A DNA stretch of 64,000 nucleotides, from the NCBI GenBank assembly GCA_944391345.1, contig CALXTE010000002.1:27220-91219 (forward strand), given 5' to 3'. Position 1 is the stretch's first letter; every line of letters begins with the position of its first letter. This document shows, piece by piece, positions 8,480 through 17,340 of this stretch. The position numbers and the translations under genes are program-made. This stretch comes from an uncultured Alphaproteobacteria bacterium. GTDB taxonomy: Bacteria > Pseudomonadota > Alphaproteobacteria > RF32 > CAG-239. The notes below the pieces were generated by a model that saw only the letters and a list, made by a program, of their open reading frames with translations, was not told the DNA's origin and made no database searches.

Positions 8480-9448
8480 CTATGCGTTAATCAAAACACC
8501 CTGCAAAGAAGCATTAGACATGGTCAGATTACCGGCCCAACCGACGATTTTGTATAAAGCATCTTGGTTGACCGACATTCTGTCACCACCGATAACCTTC
8601 ATATTGCGGTCTTTGTGAGAACGCAGATAGAGATAACCGGTATTAAGAAAATACATGTGCTTTTCAGGGCAAAAGCCGCCTTGCCCACCATCACAAACCA
8701 CATCGGCACCTTTGAAACGCAATGTAGCAAAACCGCTGTCAGCCGCTTTAGGATCGGTATAACGCTGTAACGGGGTTAAAGAATCTTCATAAAGCGAATA
8801 CATATCATCACCGGTCACGATTAAGTCCGGCTTGTCGGTACCGCGACACAAAGAGTGATACATACTGTGCATTGCCTTGCCGATGGTTTCAGAAGTCAAA
8901 GCTTCTTCGGCGGTTGTGGCTTTATTACGCCAAAATTCATTGCCGGAAGTCGCACGATTAATACCGCCGACCGTACCGGTAGCCGGAGAATCAGCTACCA
9001 AGAAGCGCAATCCGCCGATTTCCTTACCGGAAGAACCCGTACCATCGCTGTAAATTGCCTTAGACATCTGGTTGCTCATGGTTTTCATGGCATTTTCAAC
9101 TCTTTTTTCAAAGAGGTCGACAATTTTTTCTTTACCGGAGTTTTTGAGCAAATCTTCACCGGAAATAGCAACCGGAACGGCACAAAGTTTCAAAGCATAT
9201 TCAGCCGCGGTAAAGAGCTGTTTGTTGGTATAAGAAATAGTATCATAACCACTATACCAAATCATATCGCCTTCGCCATATTCCAGTTCTTCCAAAATAG
9301 AAGAACCGCCGGAGATTTCGCGAATATTTCCTTTTTCCTGCAAACGTTTAAGCAAGGCATTGTTTTTGCTGACATTATCAGCAAGTTGCTTACTGCGATG
9401 AGCAAGAGAAGTTGTAAGTGCGTCATTATAATTAGAGTTAGCCATCAT
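8480..9448 (-). CDS. major capsid protein
   Basis: 322 aa ORF preceded by a scaffold-like gene and a strong RBS. The size and N-terminal helix are typical of HK97-fold coat proteins. A hairpin follows at about 8440-8470. Confidence 0.6.
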   Translation of the reverse strand: MMANSNYNDALTTSLAHRSKQLADNVSKNNALLKRLQEKGNIREISGGSSILEELEYGEGDMIWYSGYDTISYTNKQLFTAAEYALKLCAVPVAISGEDLLKNSGKEKIVDLFEKRVENAMKTMSNQMSKAIYSDGTGSSGKEIGGLRFLVADSPATGTVGGINRATSGNEFWRNKATTAEEALTSETIGKAMHSMYHSLCRGTDKPDLIVTGDDMYSLYEDSLTPLQRYTDPKAADSGFATLRFKGADVVCDGGQGGFCPEKHMYFLNTGYLYLRSHKDRNMKVIGGDRMSVNQDALYKIVGWAGNLTMSNASLQGVLINA

Positions 9449-9466
9449 AAAATCCTTTACGAAAGT

Positions 9467-10342
9467 TTAGTTTTCATTAATAACACGTTCCAAGATTTGG
9501 CGTGTCGTCAGCTGGTCTTCAGCCGGACGAAGCGCCCTACCTTTTGCCTCAAAAGCGGCCTGCTGAGCCTTTTGAGCATCAGCGGCTTTTTTCTTGAGAG
9601 CATCACTGAGCTGAGCCTCGATTAATTCTTGGCGAACCTCGGGGCTAAGCCACAAAGCCTGAGCATAAGCGTCTTCATAATTTCCGGCGAGATTATGACT
9701 CAGGAGCGCCGCCATAATCGGCCGCACTTTATAAAAATATTTATGCTTGGGAGAACCGTCTTCATTTTTCTCACCCATAAAGCGATCAAACAAAGAGCGA
9801 AACATCTGACGTTCTTTAGCATCAACTTGCGATTTCAGCTGTTGATACTGAGCTTCAAGCGCAGCCACTTTTGACTGCAAAGAAGTCACCGGCTGAGAGG
9901 CCGGCGCAAAAGCCACCCCATAAGCCTCTGCCAAAAAGCGCACGCCTTGAGACGGATTTTCTTCCAGCAAATCCTCAACCTTAGCCAGATATTCCAACCA
10001 CATCTGAGGAGAAGAAAGCCCATATTTGTTAATGCGCTCGGCATGAGCTTTAACAAAATCGTCAACCCACTTCAATCGCTCGACTTGAGCTGACAAAGCA
10101 GAAATTTTGTCTTCGGTTTCAGCATTTTTTTCGCACAAAAATTTGCGCCACTTTAAGGGTAGCAGCACAAAATCCTCAGCAAGCTCAGCCTCAAGGCCGG
10201 CCGGCGGCTCCGAAAAAGTATTTTCTTCTTCGGCCGGCACCACCAACAGAGCTTCTTCGTCGGGCAGAATGTCGCTGTTTGAAGGACCAGAAGCTTTTTC
10301 AAGCTCCTGCTCAATAATTTTTCGTGTTTCAGTTTTATTCAT
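9467..10342 (-). CDS. scaffolding protein
   Basis: Acidic, Ala/Glu/Gln-rich, predicted all-helical 291 aa protein between the portal and capsid genes. Confidence 0.5.
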   Translation of the reverse strand: MNKTETRKIIEQELEKASGPSNSDILPDEEALLVVPAEEENTFSEPPAGLEAELAEDFVLLPLKWRKFLCEKNAETEDKISALSAQVERLKWVDDFVKAHAERINKYGLSSPQMWLEYLAKVEDLLEENPSQGVRFLAEAYGVAFAPASQPVTSLQSKVAALEAQYQQLKSQVDAKERQMFRSLFDRFMGEKNEDGSPKHKYFYKVRPIMAALLSHNLAGNYEDAYAQALWLSPEVRQELIEAQLSDALKKKAADAQKAQQAAFEAKGRALRPAEDQLTTRQILERVINEN

Positions 10343-10565
10343 TCCAAATTAACCTCTTATACTGTTGCAAAAAAGCTGCAAAATTTTCATCTCGCAGCTT
10401 TTTTTCTTGTTGATAGCGGACTGACTTTCGAAAGTCGTCCGAATAATCGCTGGCCATTGCCAAATTATTCCGGCGCAGGTAGCGTTCAATATCATGAACC
10501 GAAGACGCATAAGACCCATCGGGCAATAGCAAATCTTCGCTCCACTCTCTTGAAAAATGAGCCAT
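10335..10565 (-). CDS. small phage protein, unknown function
   Basis: 76 aa ORF overlapping the scaffold gene start. Confidence 0.3.
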   Translation of the reverse strand: MAHFSREWSEDLLLPDGSYASSVHDIERYLRRNNLAMASDYSDDFRKSVRYQQEKKLRDENFAAFLQQYKRLIWNE

Positions 10566-10580
10566 ATTCCCTCCTTAGAC

Positions 10581-12479
10581 TCAAGCCTTGGACGGAGCTG
10601 ACTTTTGCGCTTCGGCTTGCAGTTTAAGCGCCTCTGCACGAAAATCTTTATCCGCCAAAATAAGCTTCACATTCTCAGATTTTTCCTTAAGGGCAAGTTC
10701 TCTGGCTTTAAGAGCATTTTGCTCTTTTTCAAGCTCATAAGTATTGCGCAGCTCCATAAGCTTTAGCTGATCGGAAAAACTCGGCTGTTGCGACGAGGCT
10801 GCCTGAGGCTTTGACGCCGGAGATGATGAATTGGAAGAAGACGCCTCCGGTTGAGCCAAATCGCGTGCAACATCATCAAACACCTTTGACAACACCGATT
10901 CAAAGGAGCGCGATTTTGGCATAGAAGCAGTCAAAGCCTCAGCCATAAGCTGATAAAGCGGCAACAACGCCGGTTGCGCCGACACAATCTGAAAAGCATC
11001 TTGAATAAGCTGAGAAACCGACTTAACCGCCGCACTAATCTGAGAAGCCTCGGCCTCTTGGTCAAACACGGCATCGGTCTCAATCGAAAGCACCATATTG
11101 CGCATTTTATCGGTTTTCAGCAAAGCAACCGCGGCCTGAACCAGAGCAGCATCATTTTTTTCTTCAGGAGATACAAAGGAAAGAACATGTTCAGGCGCAA
11201 ACTGCTCACAAATAATTTCGGCTTTCAACGCATATAAGTCACATAAGAACCGCTGCATATCATTTTGACGGTCTTGGTTGCGCAGTGTTCCGAAATTTGT
11301 TTTTTGTTTGACCGCGGTTGCTGTTTCGGACTGAGAGGAAGTCCCTCGCATAATGTCCGAAATTCCGGTAATACGATAAATATTCTCAATAATATCATCA
11401 CGGCGCAAAGCCAAAGCCTGCAAAGCAGAAATATATTGCTCAACCGGCATAAAGTCGACAATCCCTTTCAGCCCGCCGGCTGATTTAAGTTTGTCAAAAT
11501 CTTGCACCGCCACAAGGGAAACATCTTTGTTCAAAATATCGGCCAAATGAGGAAACGAGCTGTCATAAGCACCGGTCACTTTGAGCGCCTTCATGGTCAG
11601 GCTCATACGGTCGATAACGCCGGACAGCTCTTCCAAATCGGCTTTAATCATACAAAAATCCGGAACCGGAATGATTGAATCATTGGATTGTGTCGCAAAC
11701 ACCGGCTTCGGACAAGGGAAAAAGTTTTCCAACCCGAGCGGATCATCAACCTCTCGCAAAAAGGCATCGGGAAAATCCTTGCACCACCAACGAACTTTCT
11801 TGTCTTCTTTGTCCCAAATTTCATAAACACAATATTCTTTATAACAATCATCATCGGCAACCGGCACCGTCAACAACACCGGAGAAGAAGCAAAAGCCTC
11901 AAGCAAAGCCTTGGCGCTGAGAAAATGCTTGCGTGCCACCCAAGTCACGTCTTCCCAAATTCCGACATGGTCGGTATCGGCCAAAAAGTTTTTCGGATCC
12001 ACATATTCAGACACGACTTTTTCACCGGTTTTAACCAAAACCTCATGATTTTGCTCATCAAGCACAGTTGTAAATTCGGGCTTATAGCTTTCCCACAAAA
12101 TTCCGCAACCCGAGATTAAAAAGTCATTCCGCGCATATTTTGCGACCGAATCAAAATCAAACCGCGACAAATCCCAAGCCAATAATCGCTCCATCAAGCG
12201 ACAGGCCAAGGCCTCCGCCGGAGAATAATTTTTATTAATCCTATCAACACAGGGCTTTGGCTGTTTGAAATAAAGAAACGGCTTTTGCGTCTCGATTCCC
12301 GACCAAAAAATGCTGCACGCACTTCCGACCTTAAGCGTCGAACTCAGCCCTGACGCGGCCAGCTTATAGCTCTCGCGCGTTTCATCTATTAAGTTATAAT
12401 AAGATTGATAAGCCGCCTCTGCCGCACTGATTTTTTCTGCCCAAAGAGCCGGCTTTGACTCAAAAACTTTTTTTGACAT
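10581..12479 (-). CDS. portal protein
   Basis: 632 aa ORF immediately after the terminase genes and before the scaffold and capsid genes. It has an acidic, Ser-rich, coiled C-terminal tail. Confidence 0.6.
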   Translation of the reverse strand: MSKKVFESKPALWAEKISAAEAAYQSYYNLIDETRESYKLAASGLSSTLKVGSACSIFWSGIETQKPFLYFKQPKPCVDRINKNYSPAEALACRLMERLLAWDLSRFDFDSVAKYARNDFLISGCGILWESYKPEFTTVLDEQNHEVLVKTGEKVVSEYVDPKNFLADTDHVGIWEDVTWVARKHFLSAKALLEAFASSPVLLTVPVADDDCYKEYCVYEIWDKEDKKVRWWCKDFPDAFLREVDDPLGLENFFPCPKPVFATQSNDSIIPVPDFCMIKADLEELSGVIDRMSLTMKALKVTGAYDSSFPHLADILNKDVSLVAVQDFDKLKSAGGLKGIVDFMPVEQYISALQALALRRDDIIENIYRITGISDIMRGTSSQSETATAVKQKTNFGTLRNQDRQNDMQRFLCDLYALKAEIICEQFAPEHVLSFVSPEEKNDAALVQAAVALLKTDKMRNMVLSIETDAVFDQEAEASQISAAVKSVSQLIQDAFQIVSAQPALLPLYQLMAEALTASMPKSRSFESVLSKVFDDVARDLAQPEASSSNSSSPASKPQAASSQQPSFSDQLKLMELRNTYELEKEQNALKARELALKEKSENVKLILADKDFRAEALKLQAEAQKSAPSKA

Positions 12480-12490
12480 TCAGAAAACTC

Positions 12491-12760
12491 CTAAAATTTA
12501 AACAACAAGCTTTTATCACGTATCACAACAATATCGCCGTCCCAAACCGGCAGCTCGTCAAAACAGTGAAACATCACTCTGTCCCCAACGGCCACATCGG
12601 CTTTAACCTCGGGACCGATTGCCAAAACCGTTGCCACATTGCGCACGGCATAAGTATCATCGGCAAGGATAAGTCCGCCGGCGGTTTCCGAATTTTTTGG
12701 TTCAAGTTTTAAGACCAAACGATCGGTCACCGGCACAAAGTTCGGACAAGCTTCTACCAT
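12491..12760 (-). CDS. GroES/Cpn10-like co-chaperonin
   Basis: VPVTDRLVLKLEPKNSETAGGLILADD...VGDRVMF aligns with the GroES pattern (RPLxDRVLVK..E.ETKSAGGIVL...VGDxVxF), including the mobile-loop region. Confidence 0.6.
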   Translation of the reverse strand: MVEACPNFVPVTDRLVLKLEPKNSETAGGLILADDTYAVRNVATVLAIGPEVKADVAVGDRVMFHCFDELPVWDGDIVVIRDKSLLFKF

Positions 12761-14076
12761 TTGTCATCTCCTTGATTATACGAGTTAAACACATCTTCCC
12801 ATAAGAGCTGCTTGGGGCGATACATCTGCAGCGCCAGATTATCAAAAACCCGCTCGGCAAAAGTCAAAGCAAGCGCATCAGCCTTGTCCGGCGAACGTCC
12901 GAGCCTTTTTTTGATTTCATCTTTTTCTTCAAGCAGCAAGCGCCCGCGGCGGTCATATTTTTTGTTGACGCAACAAAGATCGGTCAGCAAATCCTCATCA
13001 TAAAACAAAGCCACCTGTGGCTCGGAGATAAGCCAATCATGCAGATTGTCCCACATCTCGGCACGCCGATTGGCATAACGCTCGGAAAGCAAGGCGCGCT
13101 CGCCAAAATTAACGGCTTTCACCACCTCGCCTAAGCCTCTGTCTTTAAGAATGTCATAAACACCGGCCCCCACGCCGCCAATATCAACAAACATCCGCTT
13201 GGGCTGATTTTCTCTGATAAAAAAAGTGGCCTGATTAGCCACTTCCACCACATCAAGCCCCGAAAAACTTTCTATTCGAAAACAACTTCGCCCCCGCCGA
13301 AAACAAAACACGGTTTTGTCATCACCAAAGCGCGCCACATCCACCCCGATAATCAAAGGCGAAGACGGCATCGGCAGCTGCTGTTGAAAAGCGCGCCGCA
13401 CATCTGTAGCCGAAATCAGCTTGGTATTTCCCTGCCGCCTTGGCTCACCGAGCCAAATATGCTCGTAATCTTCGGGAGAAGAAACCTTGCATTTTTCGGC
13501 CTGAAGCCTGATTTCTTCGGGACAAAAAGGATTATCGTAATAATTGACTTTAACCACCAAAGTGCGTGCATCCGGATTCGCCGCCACCAAAACCCACAAA
13601 GGGTCGTTTTCCTCTTCTCTGTTCATGGAAATCCAGATTTGCGACCCGTCTTTACGAATAGTCGGCTCCAAAATTTCCCAGCTTTTGCGCGTAATGGCCT
13701 GTGCTTCTTCAATCCAAGCGATATCAACGCCTTCAAGTGATTTTATTTTTTGACTGTCCTGATTACGCAAGCCTTTAAAAACAAAGCGCGAACCGGTTAT
13801 TTTGTTTTCGATTTTAGAATCCGAAACCGCATAATCATCAAGCCCATAAAAAGAGATTCGGTCGCATAAAAGCTTATAAACCGAATCTTTCATGCTGTTT
13901 TGAATCTCGCGCAGACAAGCAATAAACAGCCTTTTTTGCCGCCCCAAAAGAAGCAGACTATCGGCAAAGGCATAAGATTTTCCGCCGGCACGCCCGCCAT
14001 AAAAAAATTTGTTACGATAATCAGATGTCAAAAGCGGCGCAAAAATTTTAGGAATTTGCACTTCAACCTGTTTCAC
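12754..14076 (-). CDS. terL: terminase large subunit (PBSX/Terminase_3-like)
   Basis: N-terminal Walker A GGRAGGKSY, ATPase motif IAWIEEA, and a C-terminal nuclease region with VDVARFGDDKTV. Confidence 0.85.
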   Translation of the reverse strand: MKQVEVQIPKIFAPLLTSDYRNKFFYGGRAGGKSYAFADSLLLLGRQKRLFIACLREIQNSMKDSVYKLLCDRISFYGLDDYAVSDSKIENKITGSRFVFKGLRNQDSQKIKSLEGVDIAWIEEAQAITRKSWEILEPTIRKDGSQIWISMNREEENDPLWVLVAANPDARTLVVKVNYYDNPFCPEEIRLQAEKCKVSSPEDYEHIWLGEPRRQGNTKLISATDVRRAFQQQLPMPSSPLIIGVDVARFGDDKTVFCFRRGRSCFRIESFSGLDVVEVANQATFFIRENQPKRMFVDIGGVGAGVYDILKDRGLGEVVKAVNFGERALLSERYANRRAEMWDNLHDWLISEPQVALFYDEDLLTDLCCVNKKYDRRGRLLLEEKDEIKKRLGRSPDKADALALTFAERVFDNLALQMYRPKQLLWEDVFNSYNQGDDKW

Positions 14077-14088
14077 AAGACCTCCGCT

Positions 14089-14466
14089 TTATTCAACAAA
14101 TTTAACCAACACCTGAGGAACATCACTTTCTTTTTCTTCCTCATGTTCTTTTTGGGGCTTATCCAAACCAAGCAGCTTAGCCTTCCCCATTGAAGCCGAG
14201 ACGGCAGCGGCAGCCATTTCTTTATCAATGGCCACCTGTCGCGCCTCTTCCAGTTCTTCCAGCAGCTTTTCCAACGAGAGTTGAGCCCGCTGCATGGCTT
14301 TTTGTCGCAGACTATCGAGCTTTAATTTTATCTTAGGATTTTTCTTAAGGCGGGCGGCAGCTTTTTGCGGGCAGGAATAACCGGCAAGCCGAGCCGCTTG
14401 AGCACCGACGCCACACTTGATAAATTCCTCCACAAATCGTAATTGTCGAAAAGTTAAATCAGACAT
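14089..14466 (-). CDS. terS: terminase small subunit
   Basis: MSDLTFRQLRFVEEFIKCGVGAQAARLAGYS is the typical HTH N-terminus of Terminase_2-type small subunits. The start is set at the internal ATG at 14464-14466. Confidence 0.75.
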   Translation of the reverse strand: MSDLTFRQLRFVEEFIKCGVGAQAARLAGYSCPQKAAARLKKNPKIKLKLDSLRQKAMQRAQLSLEKLLEELEEARQVAIDKEMAAAAVSASMGKAKLLGLDKPQKEHEEEKESDVPQVLVKFVE

Positions 14467-14841
14467 AACACCAACAAACCTCAAAGAAAAAGGAGAGAAG
14501 CAAAAACTTCTCTCCGGAAAAGTAATGAACATTATATGGAATACAAATCACCGCTAGGTATTTACCACAAGACTGCTGAACACAACTTCGTCCAGCATAT
14601 AACAAGATATATCAAAAAAAAGCATTTTTGTCTTCTCCAAAAATGTCCCGACAAATTAAAACGCTCAAAATCCCCGTAAATATTGAAGAATCAATGTGTA
14701 AAAAAATCAAAAAAAACCAAAAATTTTGTAGGACGATGCGATAAGATATTGAAAATACTTAACAAAAAAAATTTTTGAACTATTATTTAAAAATTAAAAT
14801 TTAGGCTTATATCCTATAAAGGACTTGAAACGAAAGGATTA

Positions 14842-15447
14842 ATGATTATGGATAAAAGCTTTTATAACCTTCTGGTACAAAGACGTTCGATATATGCGAT
14901 TGACCACAAAATTTCCCAGTCCGAAGAAGAAGTTAAGGACTTAATCAAACAAGCTTTGAAATATTGTCCCACGGCTTTTAATTCACAGTCCGGACGAATC
15001 CTTGCTTTATTTAACGATAGCAATCAAAAATTCTGGAATCTGACTTATGCAGAACTAACCAAAGTCGCACCGATCGCCAAACACGCCGAGTTAAAAGCCA
15101 AGATAAATTCCTTTGCATCCGGATTCGGCACGGTTCTGTTTTTTGAAGATGAAGACGTTGTCCACGGGCTTGAAAAACAATATCCGGCCTATAAAGAACG
15201 ATTCGCCGACTGGTCGCTTCAATCAAGCGGCATGCTCCAATTTGCTTTGTGGTGCTTATTTGCCGACAACAATATTGGCGCCAGCTTGCAACACTATTCA
15301 CCTTTGGTCGAAAATTTTATCTATGATGAATTCAAGCTTCCCTTAAGCTGGAAACTCAACGCCCAAATGCCCTTTGGCCGAATTGTATCACCGGCCGATG
15401 AAAAAACATTTGTCAGCCTCGATTCGCGCTTCAAAACCGCCGATTAA
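14842..15447 (+). CDS. nitroreductase-family protein
   Basis: The LVQRRSIYAIDH N-terminus and overall pattern match the nitroreductase fold. Confidence 0.6.
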   Translation: MIMDKSFYNLLVQRRSIYAIDHKISQSEEEVKDLIKQALKYCPTAFNSQSGRILALFNDSNQKFWNLTYAELTKVAPIAKHAELKAKINSFASGFGTVLFFEDEDVVHGLEKQYPAYKERFADWSLQSSGMLQFALWCLFADNNIGASLQHYSPLVENFIYDEFKLPLSWKLNAQMPFGRIVSPADEKTFVSLDSRFKTAD

Positions 15448-15538
15448 AGCCCCTCTTTCCAACGAAAAAGCATTGTTTCATACAAAATTATCCCGTCGAA
15501 GGCAATCGGCGGGATTTGTGAAGCAAGGATGAAAGGAA

Positions 15539-15928
15539 CTATTTTGTCGCAGACATAGGCTGAGAAACTAAAGAAATGCTTTTAACATCAATTTCGGGCT
15601 CACCGAACCAATGCTTATCGACCTTCCCTCTGATATCAACCATATCTTGAGGCGTAACGGTCATACCGTCCCATTTCTTTTTATCAATTTCGACTTTTAT
15701 TGTTCCGGTAGAATCTTTAAACATATAGTCTTCATCACCCATACTGCTGATAATATTTCCCTGCAGCATAACGCGAGCATCATCCGACAAATTTTTAACT
15801 TCGGCAACCGTCGTGGGCGAATATTGCGTTTCCGGCCCGACAAAACCGCCATAATGCTTTTTTGCCTGAGCAGAAGCCGCAGAAAGCCCTGCCGCCAAAA
15901 GAGCCAGCGCCAAAAAATATTTTTTCAT
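15539..15928 (-). CDS. YgiW/YdeI-family periplasmic OB-fold (BOF) stress protein
   Basis: Signal peptide followed by TTVAEVKNLSDDARVMLQGNIISSMGDEDYMFKDSTGTIKVEID, the family hallmark. Confidence 0.7.
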   Translation of the reverse strand: MKKYFLALALLAAGLSAASAQAKKHYGGFVGPETQYSPTTVAEVKNLSDDARVMLQGNIISSMGDEDYMFKDSTGTIKVEIDKKKWDGMTVTPQDMVDIRGKVDKHWFGEPEIDVKSISLVSQPMSATK

Positions 15929-16092
15929 AAGGCATCTCCATAAATTAAATTAATACCATCCAAGATATAATTCCCCCAAAAGCAAAAACAAGTTTCGCAC
16001 CGCAAAAGAAATCTAATTTTAGACAATGCTAATCTCTTGAAGCGCTAATATAAAAGATTACATAAAGCTAAACGCAACAAAGGAGCAAAAAA

Positions 16093-17340
16093 ATGGAAGC
16101 ACCAATGTCTATTTACGAGCGACTTGACAAACTAAAATCCGGCATCATCTATCGCAAAAATCAAGAAGACAGAATCCAACTTGCCTTTGATTTAATCTAT
16201 TCCAAAATAGAAGAGATTGATTGCATCATCTGGATCAGCCGTGAACATATTATTCATTCCAAAACTTATAAAAAATATTTAGACAAATACTCCGAGGGCT
16301 TTCGCAGCAAGTTATTTGTCTTTCCGATAGAATGCGCCTCTTTTTCAACGCTAACGCTCTTACAAATACATGATTTAGTCGCCAACAAAAGAGCCTTTTG
16401 CGTTGTTGACAACTGCTTGATTATAAAAAATTCAAAATCAAAAAGAACCAAAGAGCTGATAAAACTCGGTCCTTTGTTCAAATATCGACTGATTTTAACC
16501 GAACTTCCGGTTTCCGGCGGTTTGGTCGATTTTTACGCTCAACTGCAATTTATCAATCCCCAAATTTTAAACATGACCAAAATTCAGTTTAATCACGCCT
16601 ACCTAAAAAAGCTAAAAAGCGCGTTTCAACAAGCCAAAAGATGGTCCTACCCCGAACAAGAAGTCTCCTTGATAGAAAAAATCAGACCCTATATTTTTGA
16701 AAACGAAACCGAATATCACGAATGTTTCAAAAATTATGACATTTACTGTGACCTCACGCCCAAAGAAGCCCGCTGTTATCAAGAAGAAAAAAATTTATAT
16801 CTTGAGCGCCGCGCCAAAGCTCCGTTTATTGAAATAATCCACCGATTCCAACATATGTATACCATCTGCCAAAACAAAGTTGAAAAACTTTTTGAACTCG
16901 TGAGTGATATCAAACTAAAAAAAGAAAAAGTCGTCATTTATGTAAAATTCAGAGATGAAATCAACTTTTTTGAAGAATGCGGCTGGTTCAAACCGGGAGA
17001 ATATTCCGTTTTAGCCGGAAAAATAAATAAAAATCGCGCCTTGAAAGAGTTCGAAAAAAAAACTAATATATTATTTAGCACATATGGTGTGGATAATTCG
17101 GGGTTAGATATGCAGAATTGTAATAATGTGATATTCTTTTCCCAAACCTTTGATTATAAGTTCAAGCATCAGGCCTTGAAGAATCTTCCGCAGCATGACC
17201 GGCAGCATGAGATAAAAATATATAATCTGTGGGTAAAAACAGGACTGGATGAAATGATGCGACAGAGCCTGCTGATGAAAGAAAACGTCGTCAGTAACTT
17301 GTGCAGCATGATTTCCAAAGAGGAGGCACTAAGATTATGA
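16093..17340 (+). CDS. SNF2-family helicase-like protein with degenerate ATPase motifs
   Basis: FCVVDNCLIIKNSKSKRT (motif II region), YRLILTELPVSGGLVDFYAQLQFINP (motif III region) and a helicase-C lobe (VVIYVKF...ILFSTYGVDNSGLDMQNCNNVIFF). There is no Walker A, DExH is replaced by DNCL, and the motif VI arginines are absent. Confidence 0.6.
   Translation: MEAPMSIYERLDKLKSGIIYRKNQEDRIQLAFDLIYSKIEEIDCIIWISREHIIHSKTYKKYLDKYSEGFRSKLFVFPIECASFSTLTLLQIHDLVANKRAFCVVDNCLIIKNSKSKRTKELIKLGPLFKYRLILTELPVSGGLVDFYAQLQFINPQILNMTKIQFNHAYLKKLKSAFQQAKRWSYPEQEVSLIEKIRPYIFENETEYHECFKNYDIYCDLTPKEARCYQEEKNLYLERRAKAPFIEIIHRFQHMYTICQNKVEKLFELVSDIKLKKEKVVIYVKFRDEINFFEECGWFKPGEYSVLAGKINKNRALKEFEKKTNILFSTYGVDNSGLDMQNCNNVIFFSQTFDYKFKHQALKNLPQHDRQHEIKIYNLWVKTGLDEMMRQSLLMKENVVSNLCSMISKEEALRL

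Larger units (their letters stand above)
492..14532 (-). mobile_element. phage-derived packaging/head/tail/lysis gene cluster (podovirus-like; prophage remnant or GTA-like element)
   Basis: About 20 co-directional genes, tightly packed or overlapping: TerS, TerL, portal, scaffold, capsid, tail proteins, fibers, holin, lysin and spanins. No integrase, repressor or replication gene is present. Host genes flank both sides. Confidence 0.85.

Noticed and set aside
8855-9625. 256-aa plus-strand ORF antisense to the capsid and scaffold genes. Similar long antisense or same-strand shadow ORFs occur at 7948-8421, 11688-12119, 20343-20969, 20467-20919 and 53198-53677.
   Set aside because: They have no RBS and low-complexity, Arg/Ile/Phe-rich translations. 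Each is fully embedded in a gene with strong homology signals, so these are typical shadow ORFs.
440-14785. Inverted match CTTAACAAAAAAA(A)TTT near both ends of the phage-like cluster (about 444-460 and about 14757-14776)
   Set aside because: It is almost pure A/T homopolymer in AT-rich intergenic DNA. That is too low in complexity to be taken as terminal repeats without statistics.
222-14841. A classical prophage integrated into a tRNA gene with att repeats
   Set aside because: The tRNAs present their 5' ends, not their 3' ends, to the phage cluster. No integrase is present, and I could not find a duplicated tRNA 3' segment at the far end (14533-14841).
14533-14841. CtrA box (TTAA-N7-TTAA) or SOS box upstream of the phage-like operon, as would be expected for GTA-type or prophage regulation
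   Set aside because: Only TTAA half-sites with the wrong spacing are present, and there is no GAAC-N7-GAAC. No claim is made.
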